Of a DNA stretch of 64,000 nucleotides, positions 9,468 through 19,189 are shown piece by piece (the first letter of the stretch is position 1; the number at the start of each line of letters is the position of its first letter). This DNA comes from an uncultured Elusimicrobia bacterium (GTDB lineage: Bacteria; Elusimicrobiota; Elusimicrobia; 2-01-FULL-59-12): contig CAZDML010000001.1 in assembly GCA_964506645.1 (NCBI GenBank), forward strand, positions 12,072-76,071, in the 5' to 3' direction. The notes under the pieces were generated by a model. That model worked only from the letters and a program-made list of their open reading frames with translations. It ran no database searches and had not been told where the DNA came from. The translations under genes were made by a program, and so were the position numbers.

Positions 9468-9725
9468 ATGCGTAAGTGGATTTTCCTTGCCTTGACTGTA
9501 TTCGTGCTTTCCGATGCTTGGGCTGATGCCAAAGAAGCGGGTTGCATGGATCATGCCTGCCCTCAAGCCTGTCATAGCGTCTGCCAGACGCATCTCACAG
9601 CTGATAAAGCCCCGGCTGTAGCTGTTGTTATGCCTCCTGTACACGGAATCGTCGTGGGTGACGTGCAAATGCCGCGACAGCTTTTCGTTAAATTCCTCTT
9701 CCGGCCTCCTAAAGCTTCCGTCTAA
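9468..9725 (+). CDS. small exported Cys/His-cluster protein (hypothetical metal-binding)
   Basis: MRKWIFLALTVFVLSDAWA signal, then CMDHACPQACHSVCQTH (4 Cys and 3 His in 17 aa). Confidence 0.45.
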   Translation: MRKWIFLALTVFVLSDAWADAKEAGCMDHACPQACHSVCQTHLTADKAPAVAVVMPPVHGIVVGDVQMPRQLFVKFLFRPPKASV

Positions 9726-9807
9726 CTTCCTTCAGCATTTAATACTCGCTGTTTAGGTCTTAGATAGTTTCTTGTCCCGCGAAAAGCGTGATGAGAAAGG
9801 AGAGTCC

Positions 9808-11058
9808 ATGAATCGATTTATTGCTTTGCTATTTCTGTTCGTTTTAAGCGCTCCCACTGTTCACGCGGAAAGCGCGACATATACATTGGCCGACCTTGTG
9901 GTGCGGGCAAAACGCAACGCTCCGCTGGTCGCCGCACAACAGTCTCGTGTCGAAGAAAAACGGCTTTCCGCTATTCAGGCGCGGACCTGGCCCGGTCTGT
10001 CTATAGACGTTGCCGGTGGGCAACGCAAACAAGGTGAGGAATCGGGGCCCCGATTCGAAGCCGCCATCCGGCAACTTTTGCCGCTTTTAGGAAAAGAACG
10101 ATTAGGCGGCGCCTTGCTCGGGCTGGAATCAGAGCTCTGGCAGCGGCGCGTGTCGCTTTCCGAGGCCGCGCTTACACAGCAGGTGATCCAGTTGGCCTAC
10201 GACTATACAACCGATAAGCGTAAGGCCGATTTCACACAGGACCGCCGCAAGCGTTTTGAGTTGCTGGAAGCTTACATGGCAGGACGGGTGTTCGCTTCGC
10301 CGCAACGTAAAACAGAGATTCGTATTGTTCGCAACCGTCTAAATAATCTGAAGGCGGATGCCATACAGACCGCGGCCGATAAGAAAGCCGCCTTCGAAGC
10401 TTTGCAGGTTTTCGTGCCATTGGATGCCCCCGGTGAACCTGCTATTGAAACGCCATGGCTAAAAGGAACGTCTCCACTCCTTGCGGAACCGTTACTGGCT
10501 AAGGCCAACGAGCGAAACGCCGATCTTCTTGCTCAGAAATCCGCAGTGGAAGCGTCTCAAATCGAACAAACTCTGGCCCGGAGAAACCGGTGGCCGGATC
10601 CTTCTTTGATTGTCTCCTACGATCAGGCCAAGGCGGCCGATACGGAAAAGAATTACGGACTTGGCCTTGGGCTAGCGCTTCCAGCTTGGAACGGAAATCG
10701 CGCCGCGATCAAGAGCTTGGAGATAAGGAAAACAGCGGAAGAACGGCTTCTCGCGTACCAGAAGCAGCAGGTCTCCGCTGAGCTGGCTAGGGCGCTGAAC
10801 GCCTATGAAGCCGCCAGGCAGAAGGTCCAGACATACTCCCCGAAAACCATCGAAGAGTTATCCGCCCAACTTCAAGAGACCGAAGCAGGATTTCGCAAAG
10901 GCCAGGTGGATCTATTGACGTTCCTCGAGTTGGATGGATCGGCGGCAGATTTATTTGCGCAGGTTGTTGATGCGCAGTTGGCGCTCGTCAGCGCTTTGAA
11001 CGAAATATGGCGTTTGAGTGGTGAGCAGAATGTGCTCGATCAGCTCGGATCTTATTAG
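9808..11058 (+). CDS. outer-membrane efflux factor (TolC/CzcC family)
   Basis: Signal peptide MNRFIALLFLFVLSAPTVHA. Two coiled-coil repeats. N-terminal LADLVVRAKRNAPLVAAQQSRVEE... is typical of OMF proteins. Sits 9 nt upstream of the RND gene. Confidence 0.8.
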   Translation: MNRFIALLFLFVLSAPTVHAESATYTLADLVVRAKRNAPLVAAQQSRVEEKRLSAIQARTWPGLSIDVAGGQRKQGEESGPRFEAAIRQLLPLLGKERLGGALLGLESELWQRRVSLSEAALTQQVIQLAYDYTTDKRKADFTQDRRKRFELLEAYMAGRVFASPQRKTEIRIVRNRLNNLKADAIQTAADKKAAFEALQVFVPLDAPGEPAIETPWLKGTSPLLAEPLLAKANERNADLLAQKSAVEASQIEQTLARRNRWPDPSLIVSYDQAKAADTEKNYGLGLGLALPAWNGNRAAIKSLEIRKTAEERLLAYQKQQVSAELARALNAYEAARQKVQTYSPKTIEELSAQLQETEAGFRKGQVDLLTFLELDGSAADLFAQVVDAQLALVSALNEIWRLSGEQNVLDQLGSY

Positions 11059-11067
11059 GAGACCTTT

Positions 11068-14000
11068 ATGAACCGATTAATGCAGTGGACGCTGAAAAAC
11101 CGACTCACCGTCATTCTCTTTTTCGCACTGGCCTCAGGCCTTGGCTTTTATTCCATGGGCCATCTCGCGATTGATGCAGTTCCCGAGATCACGCCGGTGC
11201 AGGTCATGGTCAATACGAAAACAGGGGCGCTGGATCCGGAGCAGATTGAAAAGACCGTTACGTTCCCGATTGAGACGGACATGAGCGGTATTGCGCATGT
11301 CAAAGAAGTTCGGTCGCTTTCTAAATACGGATTGTCCCAGGTCATTGTCATCTTCATGGACGGCACAGATATTTACTGGGCCAGACAGCAAATCTCTGAA
11401 CGGTTGCAAGGCATCCGCGGCGAAATCCCGGACGGTCTCACGCCAACACTCGCCCCGATTTCAACGGGCTTAAGCGAAATCGTCATGTATACCCTGCTTC
11501 CTAAGAAAGGGACTGACTTAGCGGCAAAACCCGAAAAAGATCGCTTACTCTATCTTCGGACGCTGCAGGATTTTGTCGTTGCCCCCTACCTCAAACGATC
11601 CGTGAAAAATGTCGCCGAAGTCGACACCACCGGCGGATTCAAGAAAGAAATCCATATCGAAATTCACCCCGAACGACTAGACGACTACGGTCTAAGCATG
11701 GAGCAAGTCGCAGAACGACTTGAAGGGCTTGGGGAGAACGTCGGCGGAGGCTACATTCAACCCAAGGGCCGTCAAATCATTGTCCGCGCGTCGGGCCGGT
11801 TGATGAACTTAGATGAAATACGCAACCTTCCGGTGAAGCTGGATGTCGGTGGGCGAGCGGTTCCGCTATCGCGGATCGCAGATGTGCGGGACGATTATAC
11901 GCCGCGCATGGGCGGCGCGACGGTCGATGGGGAAGAAGCGGTACTTGGAACGGTCTTGATGCTATCGGGCGCCAACTCTCGGGAAGTGTCGCTGGATGCC
12001 GAGGCCGCTTTAAAAGAGGCTCCTTTGCCCGAGGATGTGGAAATCCAGCTCCTTTATACGCGAAGTTTTCTCGTCAATGCGACGCTCAAAACGGTATCTA
12101 AGAGTCTCTTGGAAGGCGCGGCGCTTGTGATCGTGGTTCTGCTCCTGATTCTAGGGAACGTCCGCGCGGCGCTCCTGGTCTCTCTGGCCATTCCGCTTTC
12201 GATGCTATTCGGAGCGATCGGAATGAAGTGGTTCGGCCTCTCCGCCAGCCTCATGAGCCTCGGAGCTATCGACTTCGGCCTCTTGGTGGATGGCGCTGTC
12301 GTCATGATTGAGAACTCGCTTCGCCGCTTGGAAGAGCATCGCGGGGCACTAACGAAAGAAGCCAAGCTTGCGTTGATTTTGGATGCCGCTCAAGAAGTGG
12401 TCAAGCCGGTGACGTTGGGCTTGGCCATCATCATGCTGGTCTATGTTCCCATTCTTTCCTTAGAAGGTATCGAAGGAAAGCTATATCACCCCATGGCGAT
12501 GACCGTCATTATGGCGCTCGGCGCATCGCTCTTGGTCGCGGTGCTCTTAATGCCCGTAGTGGCCTATCTCTACCTTAAAGCTCCGTCGTCCGGCCATGTC
12601 CAGGAGACGCGATTCTTTCTGCTCTTGAAGAAGGTGTATACCCCGGTGTTGGATTGGGGCTTGCGCCACCGGGCGTTGACCGTCACGCCGACGGTGCTTT
12701 TGTTTATCGGCGCATTATGGGTATTTCACAGGATGGGGGCCGATTTTATGCCGCCTTTGGATGAAGGCGATTTAGTCGTCAATCTGACTCGGGCCTCCGA
12801 TATCGGTGTTGACGCATCGCTTGCCATGCAGCGAACGAGCGACCGCATTTTGGCCGAATTCCCGGAAGTGGAGCGAGTGTTTTCTCGGATCGGAACACCT
12901 GAGTCGGCGACGGATCCCATGGGAGTCCATTTATCCGATACCTTCGTGATGCTGAAAAAAGATCGATCCGCTTGGCCGGTTGCACCGGACGGCAAAAAAA
13001 GAACGAAAGCCGATCTTTATGAAGCGATGAAAAAGGCTCTCGAGGAAAAGACGCCGGAACAAGAGGTCAATGAGAATCAGCCGATCGAAATGCGCTTCAG
13101 CGAAATTCTCGAAGGCAGCCGTGCCGATGTGACGCTGCGAATTTACGGCAAGGACCTGGATACGTTGATCGGTCTTTTGAACCAGTCCATCGACGTTTTG
13201 AAAGAGATTCCTGGCGTTGATGAGGTGGAAATGGATGCTCTGACGGCATTGCGGAAAAGCCCGGTTCTGACCGCGCGGCCCAATTACGCGGCCATTGCAC
13301 GATACGGCCTCGACATTCACCGCGTGACCCGGCTCTTGGAAGTCGCCATGGGCGGTAAAGAAGTTGGCAGCTTTTATGAAGAGCAATGGCGTTTTCCAAT
13401 TGTGATGCGCGTCGAAGAGGAACATCGTGAAAACATCGACACGATTAAATCGCTCCCGGTAGGATTACCTGACGGTGGAACAATTCCATTGAAGGATGTG
13501 GTGGACTTCAAGCTGCAGGATGAGGTCACTACGATCGCGCATGATTATTCTCAACGCTATGCAGCGATTGCCATATTTCTAAAAGGGCGCGATATCAGCA
13601 GTTTTGTAAAGGACGCCCGCGAAGCCATTGATGCCAAGTTGAAAGTTCCGGATGGTTACCGAATCAGTTGGGGCGGCCAATTTAAAAATCTTGAACGTGC
13701 GAAGCGTCGACTAGCACTCATTGTGCCGGTCATTCTCATTGCCATCTTCTTGATTCTATGGAAAGCCTTCGGCGTCATGCGCCAGGCAGTTCTTGTCTTC
13801 ACGACAATTCCGCTGGCGATGACGGGCGGTATTTTTGCTTTGGCGCTGCGCGACATCCCAATGAGCGTATCGGCTTCTGTCGGTTTCATTGCCCTAATGG
13901 GTATCGCGATCTTAAATGGCATGGTGCTCGTCACATTCTTCAATCAACTACGGCAAAAGGGAATGGATGCCACCCAGTCAGCTCGTGAAGGAGCGCTTGT

Positions 14001-14220
14001 TCGTTTGAGGCCTGTGGCCATGACGGCGCTTGTCGCTAGCCTGGGGTTTGTGCCGATGGCGCTGAATACAGGTATCGGCGCCGAAGTCCAGCGGCCGCTC
14101 GCAACGGTCGTGATCGGAGGATTGATCACCTCGACTTTGCTGACGCTGGTCGTCCTTCCGGTGGTTTATCCGTGGCTCGGAAAGAAGTGGAAAGAGGAAG
14201 AAGAGGAGGTCGAGTTATGA
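11068..14220 (+). CDS. heavy-metal efflux RND inner-membrane pump (CzcA/CusA family)
   Basis: 1050 aa, 12-TM RND architecture. N-terminal MNRLMQWTLKNRLTVILFFALASGLGFY...AIDAVPEITPVQVMV aligns with CusA/CzcA. Confidence 0.9.
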   Translation: MNRLMQWTLKNRLTVILFFALASGLGFYSMGHLAIDAVPEITPVQVMVNTKTGALDPEQIEKTVTFPIETDMSGIAHVKEVRSLSKYGLSQVIVIFMDGTDIYWARQQISERLQGIRGEIPDGLTPTLAPISTGLSEIVMYTLLPKKGTDLAAKPEKDRLLYLRTLQDFVVAPYLKRSVKNVAEVDTTGGFKKEIHIEIHPERLDDYGLSMEQVAERLEGLGENVGGGYIQPKGRQIIVRASGRLMNLDEIRNLPVKLDVGGRAVPLSRIADVRDDYTPRMGGATVDGEEAVLGTVLMLSGANSREVSLDAEAALKEAPLPEDVEIQLLYTRSFLVNATLKTVSKSLLEGAALVIVVLLLILGNVRAALLVSLAIPLSMLFGAIGMKWFGLSASLMSLGAIDFGLLVDGAVVMIENSLRRLEEHRGALTKEAKLALILDAAQEVVKPVTLGLAIIMLVYVPILSLEGIEGKLYHPMAMTVIMALGASLLVAVLLMPVVAYLYLKAPSSGHVQETRFFLLLKKVYTPVLDWGLRHRALTVTPTVLLFIGALWVFHRMGADFMPPLDEGDLVVNLTRASDIGVDASLAMQRTSDRILAEFPEVERVFSRIGTPESATDPMGVHLSDTFVMLKKDRSAWPVAPDGKKRTKADLYEAMKKALEEKTPEQEVNENQPIEMRFSEILEGSRADVTLRIYGKDLDTLIGLLNQSIDVLKEIPGVDEVEMDALTALRKSPVLTARPNYAAIARYGLDIHRVTRLLEVAMGGKEVGSFYEEQWRFPIVMRVEEEHRENIDTIKSLPVGLPDGGTIPLKDVVDFKLQDEVTTIAHDYSQRYAAIAIFLKGRDISSFVKDAREAIDAKLKVPDGYRISWGGQFKNLERAKRRLALIVPVILIAIFLILWKAFGVMRQAVLVFTTIPLAMTGGIFALALRDIPMSVSASVGFIALMGIAILNGMVLVTFFNQLRQKGMDATQSAREGALVRLRPVAMTALVASLGFVPMALNTGIGAEVQRPLATVVIGGLITSTLLTLVVLPVVYPWLGKKWKEEEEEVEL

Positions 14221-14546
14221 AAGAGATCAAAGCGATCATTCAGCCCCAAGTGCTGGATCAGGTATTAGAGGCCCTCCACGCCGTGCCCGGCATCCCCGGC
14301 TGCACGGTATCCCGTGTTGAAGGCTATGCGCGGAGTTCCAACAAGGAAGGAGATGGACGTATGGCCACGTCAGCCGAGCGAGTGAAACTTGAGTTGGTCG
14401 TTCCAGATAAAATGGTCGAGAAAATAGTTGGGCTGATTCATGTCAATGCCAAAACGGGACACAAAGGAGACGGCAAGATTTTCATCATCGAAACAAAAGA
14501 TGCGCTGGCCATTCGCACCGGTGAGCGAGGCGAAAAGGCACTATAG
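14217..14546 (+). CDS. PII-like protein of the PII-NG group (GlnB fold, no T-loop Tyr)
   Basis: MKEIKAIIQPQVLDQVLEAL...GDGKIFIIETKDALAIRTGERG matches the PII fold. ATGA overlap with the RND stop. Confidence 0.75.
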   Translation: MKEIKAIIQPQVLDQVLEALHAVPGIPGCTVSRVEGYARSSNKEGDGRMATSAERVKLELVVPDKMVEKIVGLIHVNAKTGHKGDGKIFIIETKDALAIRTGERGEKAL

Positions 14547-14587
14547 AGCTTCTGGAAACGTGCCTCAGAAAAGGAGAGTTCTCGTTA

Positions 14588-15016
14588 ATGATCATAATAG
14601 TCGCGGTATCCTTTATCCTAGCTATGCCTGTATTCGCTGCTCCGAACTTGGCCAACAAATCGTCAATTTCACTGGAAGGCGAAATCGTAGATATAGCCTG
14701 CTTTACGGGGCATCGAGTACCGAGTTCGAAACATCCCAAGTGCACGAAGTCCTGTTTGATGGATGGAACTCCTATCGGACTTCTGGCGGGTGATGATTTA
14801 TATCTCTTGTTAGAAGATAGCGGAAATTCGAAGGCCTATCAGACTTTAAAGCAGGCCGCCACCGAACGAGTCAAAACCAGAGGTATCGCTTCGAGACGCG
14901 GCGGCTTGCGAACGTTGACGGTGCAGGAGGTGACCATCCTAAAGGAAGCCGTTTCAGGATGCACCGAACAGGTTGATCCTGTAGCGCCTGAGGCCGGATA
15001 TTGCGGCGGTTCGTGA
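14588..15016 (+). CDS. exported hypothetical protein with Cys pairs
   Basis: Signal peptide MIIIVAVSFILAMPVFAAP. CFTGHRVPSSKHPKCTKSC and C-terminal CGGS. Confidence 0.45.
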   Translation: MIIIVAVSFILAMPVFAAPNLANKSSISLEGEIVDIACFTGHRVPSSKHPKCTKSCLMDGTPIGLLAGDDLYLLLEDSGNSKAYQTLKQAATERVKTRGIASRRGGLRTLTVQEVTILKEAVSGCTEQVDPVAPEAGYCGGS

Positions 15017-15121
15017 GACAGGGATCATTTCCGAGCGCACCAATCTCCAAGTCCCATAAATGAATTGACCGCCGGGAAAATTCTGTTTACAGATGTTTGA
15101 ACAGTAGGTAAACTTATCTTA

Positions 15122-15538
15122 ATGTTCAGGTCTTCAAAATTGATCCTCTTCGTTATGTGTGCCTGGCTTGCTGGCTGGTCCGGCATTACCATCGGAGGAA
15201 TCCATGACGAGCAGCACCGGCTGAAGCATCAGGTTACCGCGGTTACCGATCACTCACACGGTGACCATCGAGGCTCTCATTCCCATGATCAGGGAGATCC
15301 GAAACATGTCCCGCTCCCATTTGATTCATTCGTTGGTCTCACGCCGGCGGTTTCATCGGTCAGTGGAGTTGCTCAGGGAATTTCGCACCCCGTGTCGGTT
15401 GAAATCATCTACGCGGGCGCTGAACTTCTCGTGCATACTAAATCAGTTTCATCCATAAGCCCGCAGGGCCCCCCTGTCCCTGTTGATGATTCCTGCTTTC
15501 CCTCCTTTTCCAACCTCGCCCCACCTCTCCTAGCGTAA
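15122..15538 (+). CDS. small His-rich exported/membrane protein (hypothetical metal-binding)
   Basis: Hydrophobic N-terminus, then HDEQHRLKHQVTAVTDHSHGDHRGSHSHDQGDPKH. Confidence 0.45.
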   Translation: MFRSSKLILFVMCAWLAGWSGITIGGIHDEQHRLKHQVTAVTDHSHGDHRGSHSHDQGDPKHVPLPFDSFVGLTPAVSSVSGVAQGISHPVSVEIIYAGAELLVHTKSVSSISPQGPPVPVDDSCFPSFSNLAPPLLA

Positions 15539-15605
15539 TCCAGCCGTTCCGACGTTTCGTTCGTAATCATCCAATTATTTATTAAGCGGTTTTTCAGGTG
15601 CTCTC

Positions 15606-18600
15606 ATGCTGAATGCAGTTATTCGATTTTCTCTACGTTATCGCGCCGCCGTCCTGCTGGCGGCGACGGGTCTCCTCATCTATGGTTTCGCTGTTTGGCG
15701 AAATCTGCCCGTTGACGTCTTCCCAGACCTTAATCGGCCAACGGTCACCGTTTTGACGGAAGCCCACGGTCTGGCACCGGAGGAAGTTGAGACTCTGGTC
15801 ACGCTACCGATTGAATCGGTCTTAAACGGCACGCCTGGCGTCATCCGCGTCCGTTCCTCGAGCGGAATCGGCATCTCGATCCTTTATGTCGAGTTTGAGT
15901 GGGGGACCGACATCTTTCGCAACCGCCAACTCGTGTCGGAACGTTTGCAGCTGGCCAAGGAGCGCCTGCCGGATGAAATGACGCCTGTAATGGGGCCGAT
16001 CACCTCTATCATGGGTGAAATCCAGTTTGTCGGCATGACCTCGCCCGAAGGAACCATCTCCCGCATGGATTTGCGTACGATCGCCGATTGGCAGCTGCGC
16101 CCACGACTGATGTCTATTCCCGGCATCAGCCAAGTCGTTGTCATGGGCGGAGAAGTGAAGCAATACCAAATTCTGATCAATAGCGACGCTTTGCAGCGGC
16201 GCGGGATTTCCCTGGACAACTTAAAGCACGCACTCTCGCACTTGAGCGAGAACACCACGGGCGGCTTTATCGATGTCGACGACAAAGAGCTGCTGATTCG
16301 GCCGCTCGGACGACTTGAGTCCGTGGAGGACATACGTAACGCTTCGGTGGGCATGCATCTTGGAAAACCTGTCCTCGTTAAGGAGGTTGCCGAAGTGCGG
16401 ATCAGCGCCAAAACCAAGCGCGGAGAGGCCAGCGTGAACGCGCGTCACGCGGTGGTGATGACGATTCAGAAACAACCGAACGCCGACACCATCAATCTGA
16501 CCCGGCGGATTGATGAGACGTTGGCAGAGATGCAGAAAACTCTGCCGGCAGGCGTCGAGATCCTGAGCGATCTCTTCAAACAATCTCGCTTCATCGAGGC
16601 CGCTAATCACAACGTGATCGCGGCGTTGCGGGACGGCGCGATTATCGTCAGCATTATCCTTTTCCTGTTTTTAGCGAACGTCCGAACCACCGCCATCACA
16701 CTGATTACGATTCCCTTGTCGCTCATGGTCACGGCGATCGTTTTTCACGCGATGGGATTAGGCATCAACACGATGACCCTCGGAGGGCTGGCGGTGGCCA
16801 TCGGCGAACTGGTGGACGATGCCATTGTGGATGTCGAGAATGTATTCCGCCGTCTGCGTGAGAACCGCCTCGCCGGATCGCCGAAAGGGATCTTGCGCGT
16901 GGTCTTTGAGGCATCCTCCGAAGTACGCAACTCCATCATTATTTCGACGCTCATCGTAGTCCTGGTATTTATTCCGCTCTTTTTCCTGAGCGGTATCGAA
17001 GGACGTCTTTTTGCTCCGCTGGGGGTCGCCTATCTGGTTGCGCTTAGCGCCTCACTCGTCATATCCCTGACTGTTACGCCGGCTCTATGCTCTCTGCTCC
17101 TCGGCAAATCGAAAACGATTGAACGAGAAGAAGAAAGCTGGCTTGTCCGCCGACTCAAAGTGCTCCACCGCCGAGGTCTGGCGATCACGCTGGACCATCC
17201 TTACTTTATTCTCGGTGGCTCTTTTGCACTCCTTGTAGGTTCGCTTTGCCTTTTGCCTCTCATGGGAAAGACCTTCCTGCCTCCCTTTAATGAAGGCACC
17301 GCGACTATTGGGATAGCAGCGCCTCCCGGGATTTCATTAGCCGCCTCCGATGAGCTGGGTCGGAAGGCCGAAGAGGCGATGCTGTCCATCCCAGAGGTGA
17401 AGTCCACCATTCGCCGCACGGGGCGAGCGGAGATGGACGAGCATGCCGAAGGGGTTCACTGGAGCGAAGTCGATGTGGACTTCAAACCTTCAGGACGCCC
17501 CCGCCGGGTTGTGCTTCAGGAACTGCGCGAGAAAATTGAAAAGGTCGGCGACGTATATGTGAACGTGGGGCAACCGATCAGCCATCGGTTGGACCATATG
17601 CTCTCGGGTGTTCGCGCTCAAGTGGCGATTAAAATCTTCGGTCCGGACCTCTCCGAGCTTCGTCGATTGGCCACCCAGACGGAAACGATTCTGAAAGGTA
17701 TTCGGGGCGTCGTTGATCTTGCAGTCGAACCGCTCGTTCTCATCCCACAGCTCAAAATCGCCATGGACCATGAAGCGGCGGCGCGGGTGGGCCTGCGTTC
17801 CGGTGCGCTGGCGGAAGACCTTGAGATGGCCCTCAACGGCGAGGCCGTCTCCCAGATTCTCGAAAAGCAACGAATCTTCGATTTGTTCATGCGCCTGGAT
17901 GATCGTTCCAGGCAATCGCCGGAAGCCATCGAGAAGGTCCTGGTTAAAACACTACCGAACGGGCAAGGCGTGCGAGTGGAAGATGTGGCCAACGTCTACC
18001 AAGGCACAGGACCCAACATGGTCAATCGCGAGGATCTGCAGCGCCGAATCGTCGTATCCGCCAACGCGCATGGCCGCGACCTTGGAAGCCTCGTGGATGA
18101 GATTCGATCCAAGCTGGATGCCGGTGTAAAGTTCCCCACGGGATATTTTGTGAACCTGGGGGGACAGTTTGAGAGTCGGCGGGAAGCATCCAGAAAATTG
18201 TTGCTCTTCGGATTTTTGTCGCTTGCGGCAATCGTACTGGTGCTATACATGCATTTCCGGTCACTCGTCCTCGTGCTCCAAATCATGTTGAACGTGCCGC
18301 TGGCTTTAATAGGCAGCATCGTGGCCATTTATCTCACTGAGCGTGAGCTCTCAGTCGCCACATTGATCGCTTTCATAACGCTATGCGGCATCAGCAGCCG
18401 CAACGGCATCATGATGATCAGCCATTACATCCATCTCATGGTAGAGGAAGACGAGTCTTTCAGCCGCGACATGGTGATACGCGGCTCGCTTGAACGTTTA
18501 GTGCCGGTTCTCATGACGGCGCTCACCGCTGCTTTGGCGCTGGTACCGCTCGTTCTATCCAAGGGGGAGCCGGGCAAAGAAATCCTCTATCCGGTGGCGG

Positions 18601-18746
18601 TCGTCATTATCGGCGGTTTATTTTCTTCGACGCTGCTCGATATCGCCGTGACGCCGGCGATCTTTTACCTTTTCGGACGCAAACCCGCAGAGCGCCTGGT
18701 CGCTTTGCGGAAAGAATCCAAAACAACACAAGGAGAATGGAAATGA
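15606..18746 (+). CDS. heavy-metal efflux RND inner-membrane pump, second copy (CusA/CzcA family)
   Basis: 1046 aa. MLNAVIRFSLRYRAAVLLAATGLLIYGFAVWRNLPVDVFPDLNRPTVTV... has the CusA-like signature. Confidence 0.9.
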   Translation: MLNAVIRFSLRYRAAVLLAATGLLIYGFAVWRNLPVDVFPDLNRPTVTVLTEAHGLAPEEVETLVTLPIESVLNGTPGVIRVRSSSGIGISILYVEFEWGTDIFRNRQLVSERLQLAKERLPDEMTPVMGPITSIMGEIQFVGMTSPEGTISRMDLRTIADWQLRPRLMSIPGISQVVVMGGEVKQYQILINSDALQRRGISLDNLKHALSHLSENTTGGFIDVDDKELLIRPLGRLESVEDIRNASVGMHLGKPVLVKEVAEVRISAKTKRGEASVNARHAVVMTIQKQPNADTINLTRRIDETLAEMQKTLPAGVEILSDLFKQSRFIEAANHNVIAALRDGAIIVSIILFLFLANVRTTAITLITIPLSLMVTAIVFHAMGLGINTMTLGGLAVAIGELVDDAIVDVENVFRRLRENRLAGSPKGILRVVFEASSEVRNSIIISTLIVVLVFIPLFFLSGIEGRLFAPLGVAYLVALSASLVISLTVTPALCSLLLGKSKTIEREEESWLVRRLKVLHRRGLAITLDHPYFILGGSFALLVGSLCLLPLMGKTFLPPFNEGTATIGIAAPPGISLAASDELGRKAEEAMLSIPEVKSTIRRTGRAEMDEHAEGVHWSEVDVDFKPSGRPRRVVLQELREKIEKVGDVYVNVGQPISHRLDHMLSGVRAQVAIKIFGPDLSELRRLATQTETILKGIRGVVDLAVEPLVLIPQLKIAMDHEAAARVGLRSGALAEDLEMALNGEAVSQILEKQRIFDLFMRLDDRSRQSPEAIEKVLVKTLPNGQGVRVEDVANVYQGTGPNMVNREDLQRRIVVSANAHGRDLGSLVDEIRSKLDAGVKFPTGYFVNLGGQFESRREASRKLLLFGFLSLAAIVLVLYMHFRSLVLVLQIMLNVPLALIGSIVAIYLTERELSVATLIAFITLCGISSRNGIMMISHYIHLMVEEDESFSRDMVIRGSLERLVPVLMTALTAALALVPLVLSKGEPGKEILYPVAVVIIGGLFSSTLLDIAVTPAIFYLFGRKPAERLVALRKESKTTQGEWK

Positions 18747-19189
18747 AACAGCTAATACTCATAGGAAGTCTCTTGCTGGCGACGCTCAGCTTTGCCCATG
18801 ACGAAGGGCACGGTCCAAAACTGACGGATTCGCCGAAGCAGGGCGGCGTCGTTGCGCCGGTCATCGACGCGAAAGAAGCGAAGCTCGGGGCTAAAGCCAC
18901 GTTGCTTTACAAAGCCGAACTCGTGCGTCTGGATGACGGCACCGTCCGGGTTTATCTCTACGATCAAGCGATGAATCCGTTGTCGCTTGAGGCCTTGAAT
19001 CCGACTGCTCAGGGAGTTCTTGAAACGTGGAAAAAGAAGACAGCCACGCGAAAACCATTTGAGCTCAAGAAGGAATCGGACGCATTTGTAGGACAAGCAC
19101 CGAAGGCGACCGCCAAACCCTTCAACATCGACGTCACGTTCCAGGAAAAGGGCCGAAAATTGTTGGCGGCTTTCGACAACCTTGACTAA
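18743..19189 (+). CDS. small periplasmic protein in the 'adaptor' position between RND and OMF (hypothetical)
   Basis: AAGGAG plus 7 nt to ATG 18743. Signal peptide MKQLILIGSLLLATLSFA. Starts HDEGHGPK. 148 aa, too short for a canonical membrane-fusion protein. Confidence 0.5.
   Translation: MKQLILIGSLLLATLSFAHDEGHGPKLTDSPKQGGVVAPVIDAKEAKLGAKATLLYKAELVRLDDGTVRVYLYDQAMNPLSLEALNPTAQGVLETWKKKTATRKPFELKKESDAFVGQAPKATAKPFNIDVTFQEKGRKLLAAFDNLD

Noticed and set aside
12931-13425. 164-aa and other minus-strand ORFs inside the first RND gene
   Set aside because: Antisense to a 1050-aa conserved RND pump. No start context or domain signal.
15060-15120. GTTTAC-N19-GTAAAC / CTGTTTACAG...TTTGAACAG imperfect inverted repeats upstream of the His-rich ORF
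   Set aside because: The repeats are imperfect, with no known regulator consensus to anchor them. Kept as a low-confidence operator candidate only.
15884-16417. 177-aa minus-strand ORF inside the second RND gene
   Set aside because: Antisense shadow ORF. The plus-strand RND reading frame is continuous and conserved.
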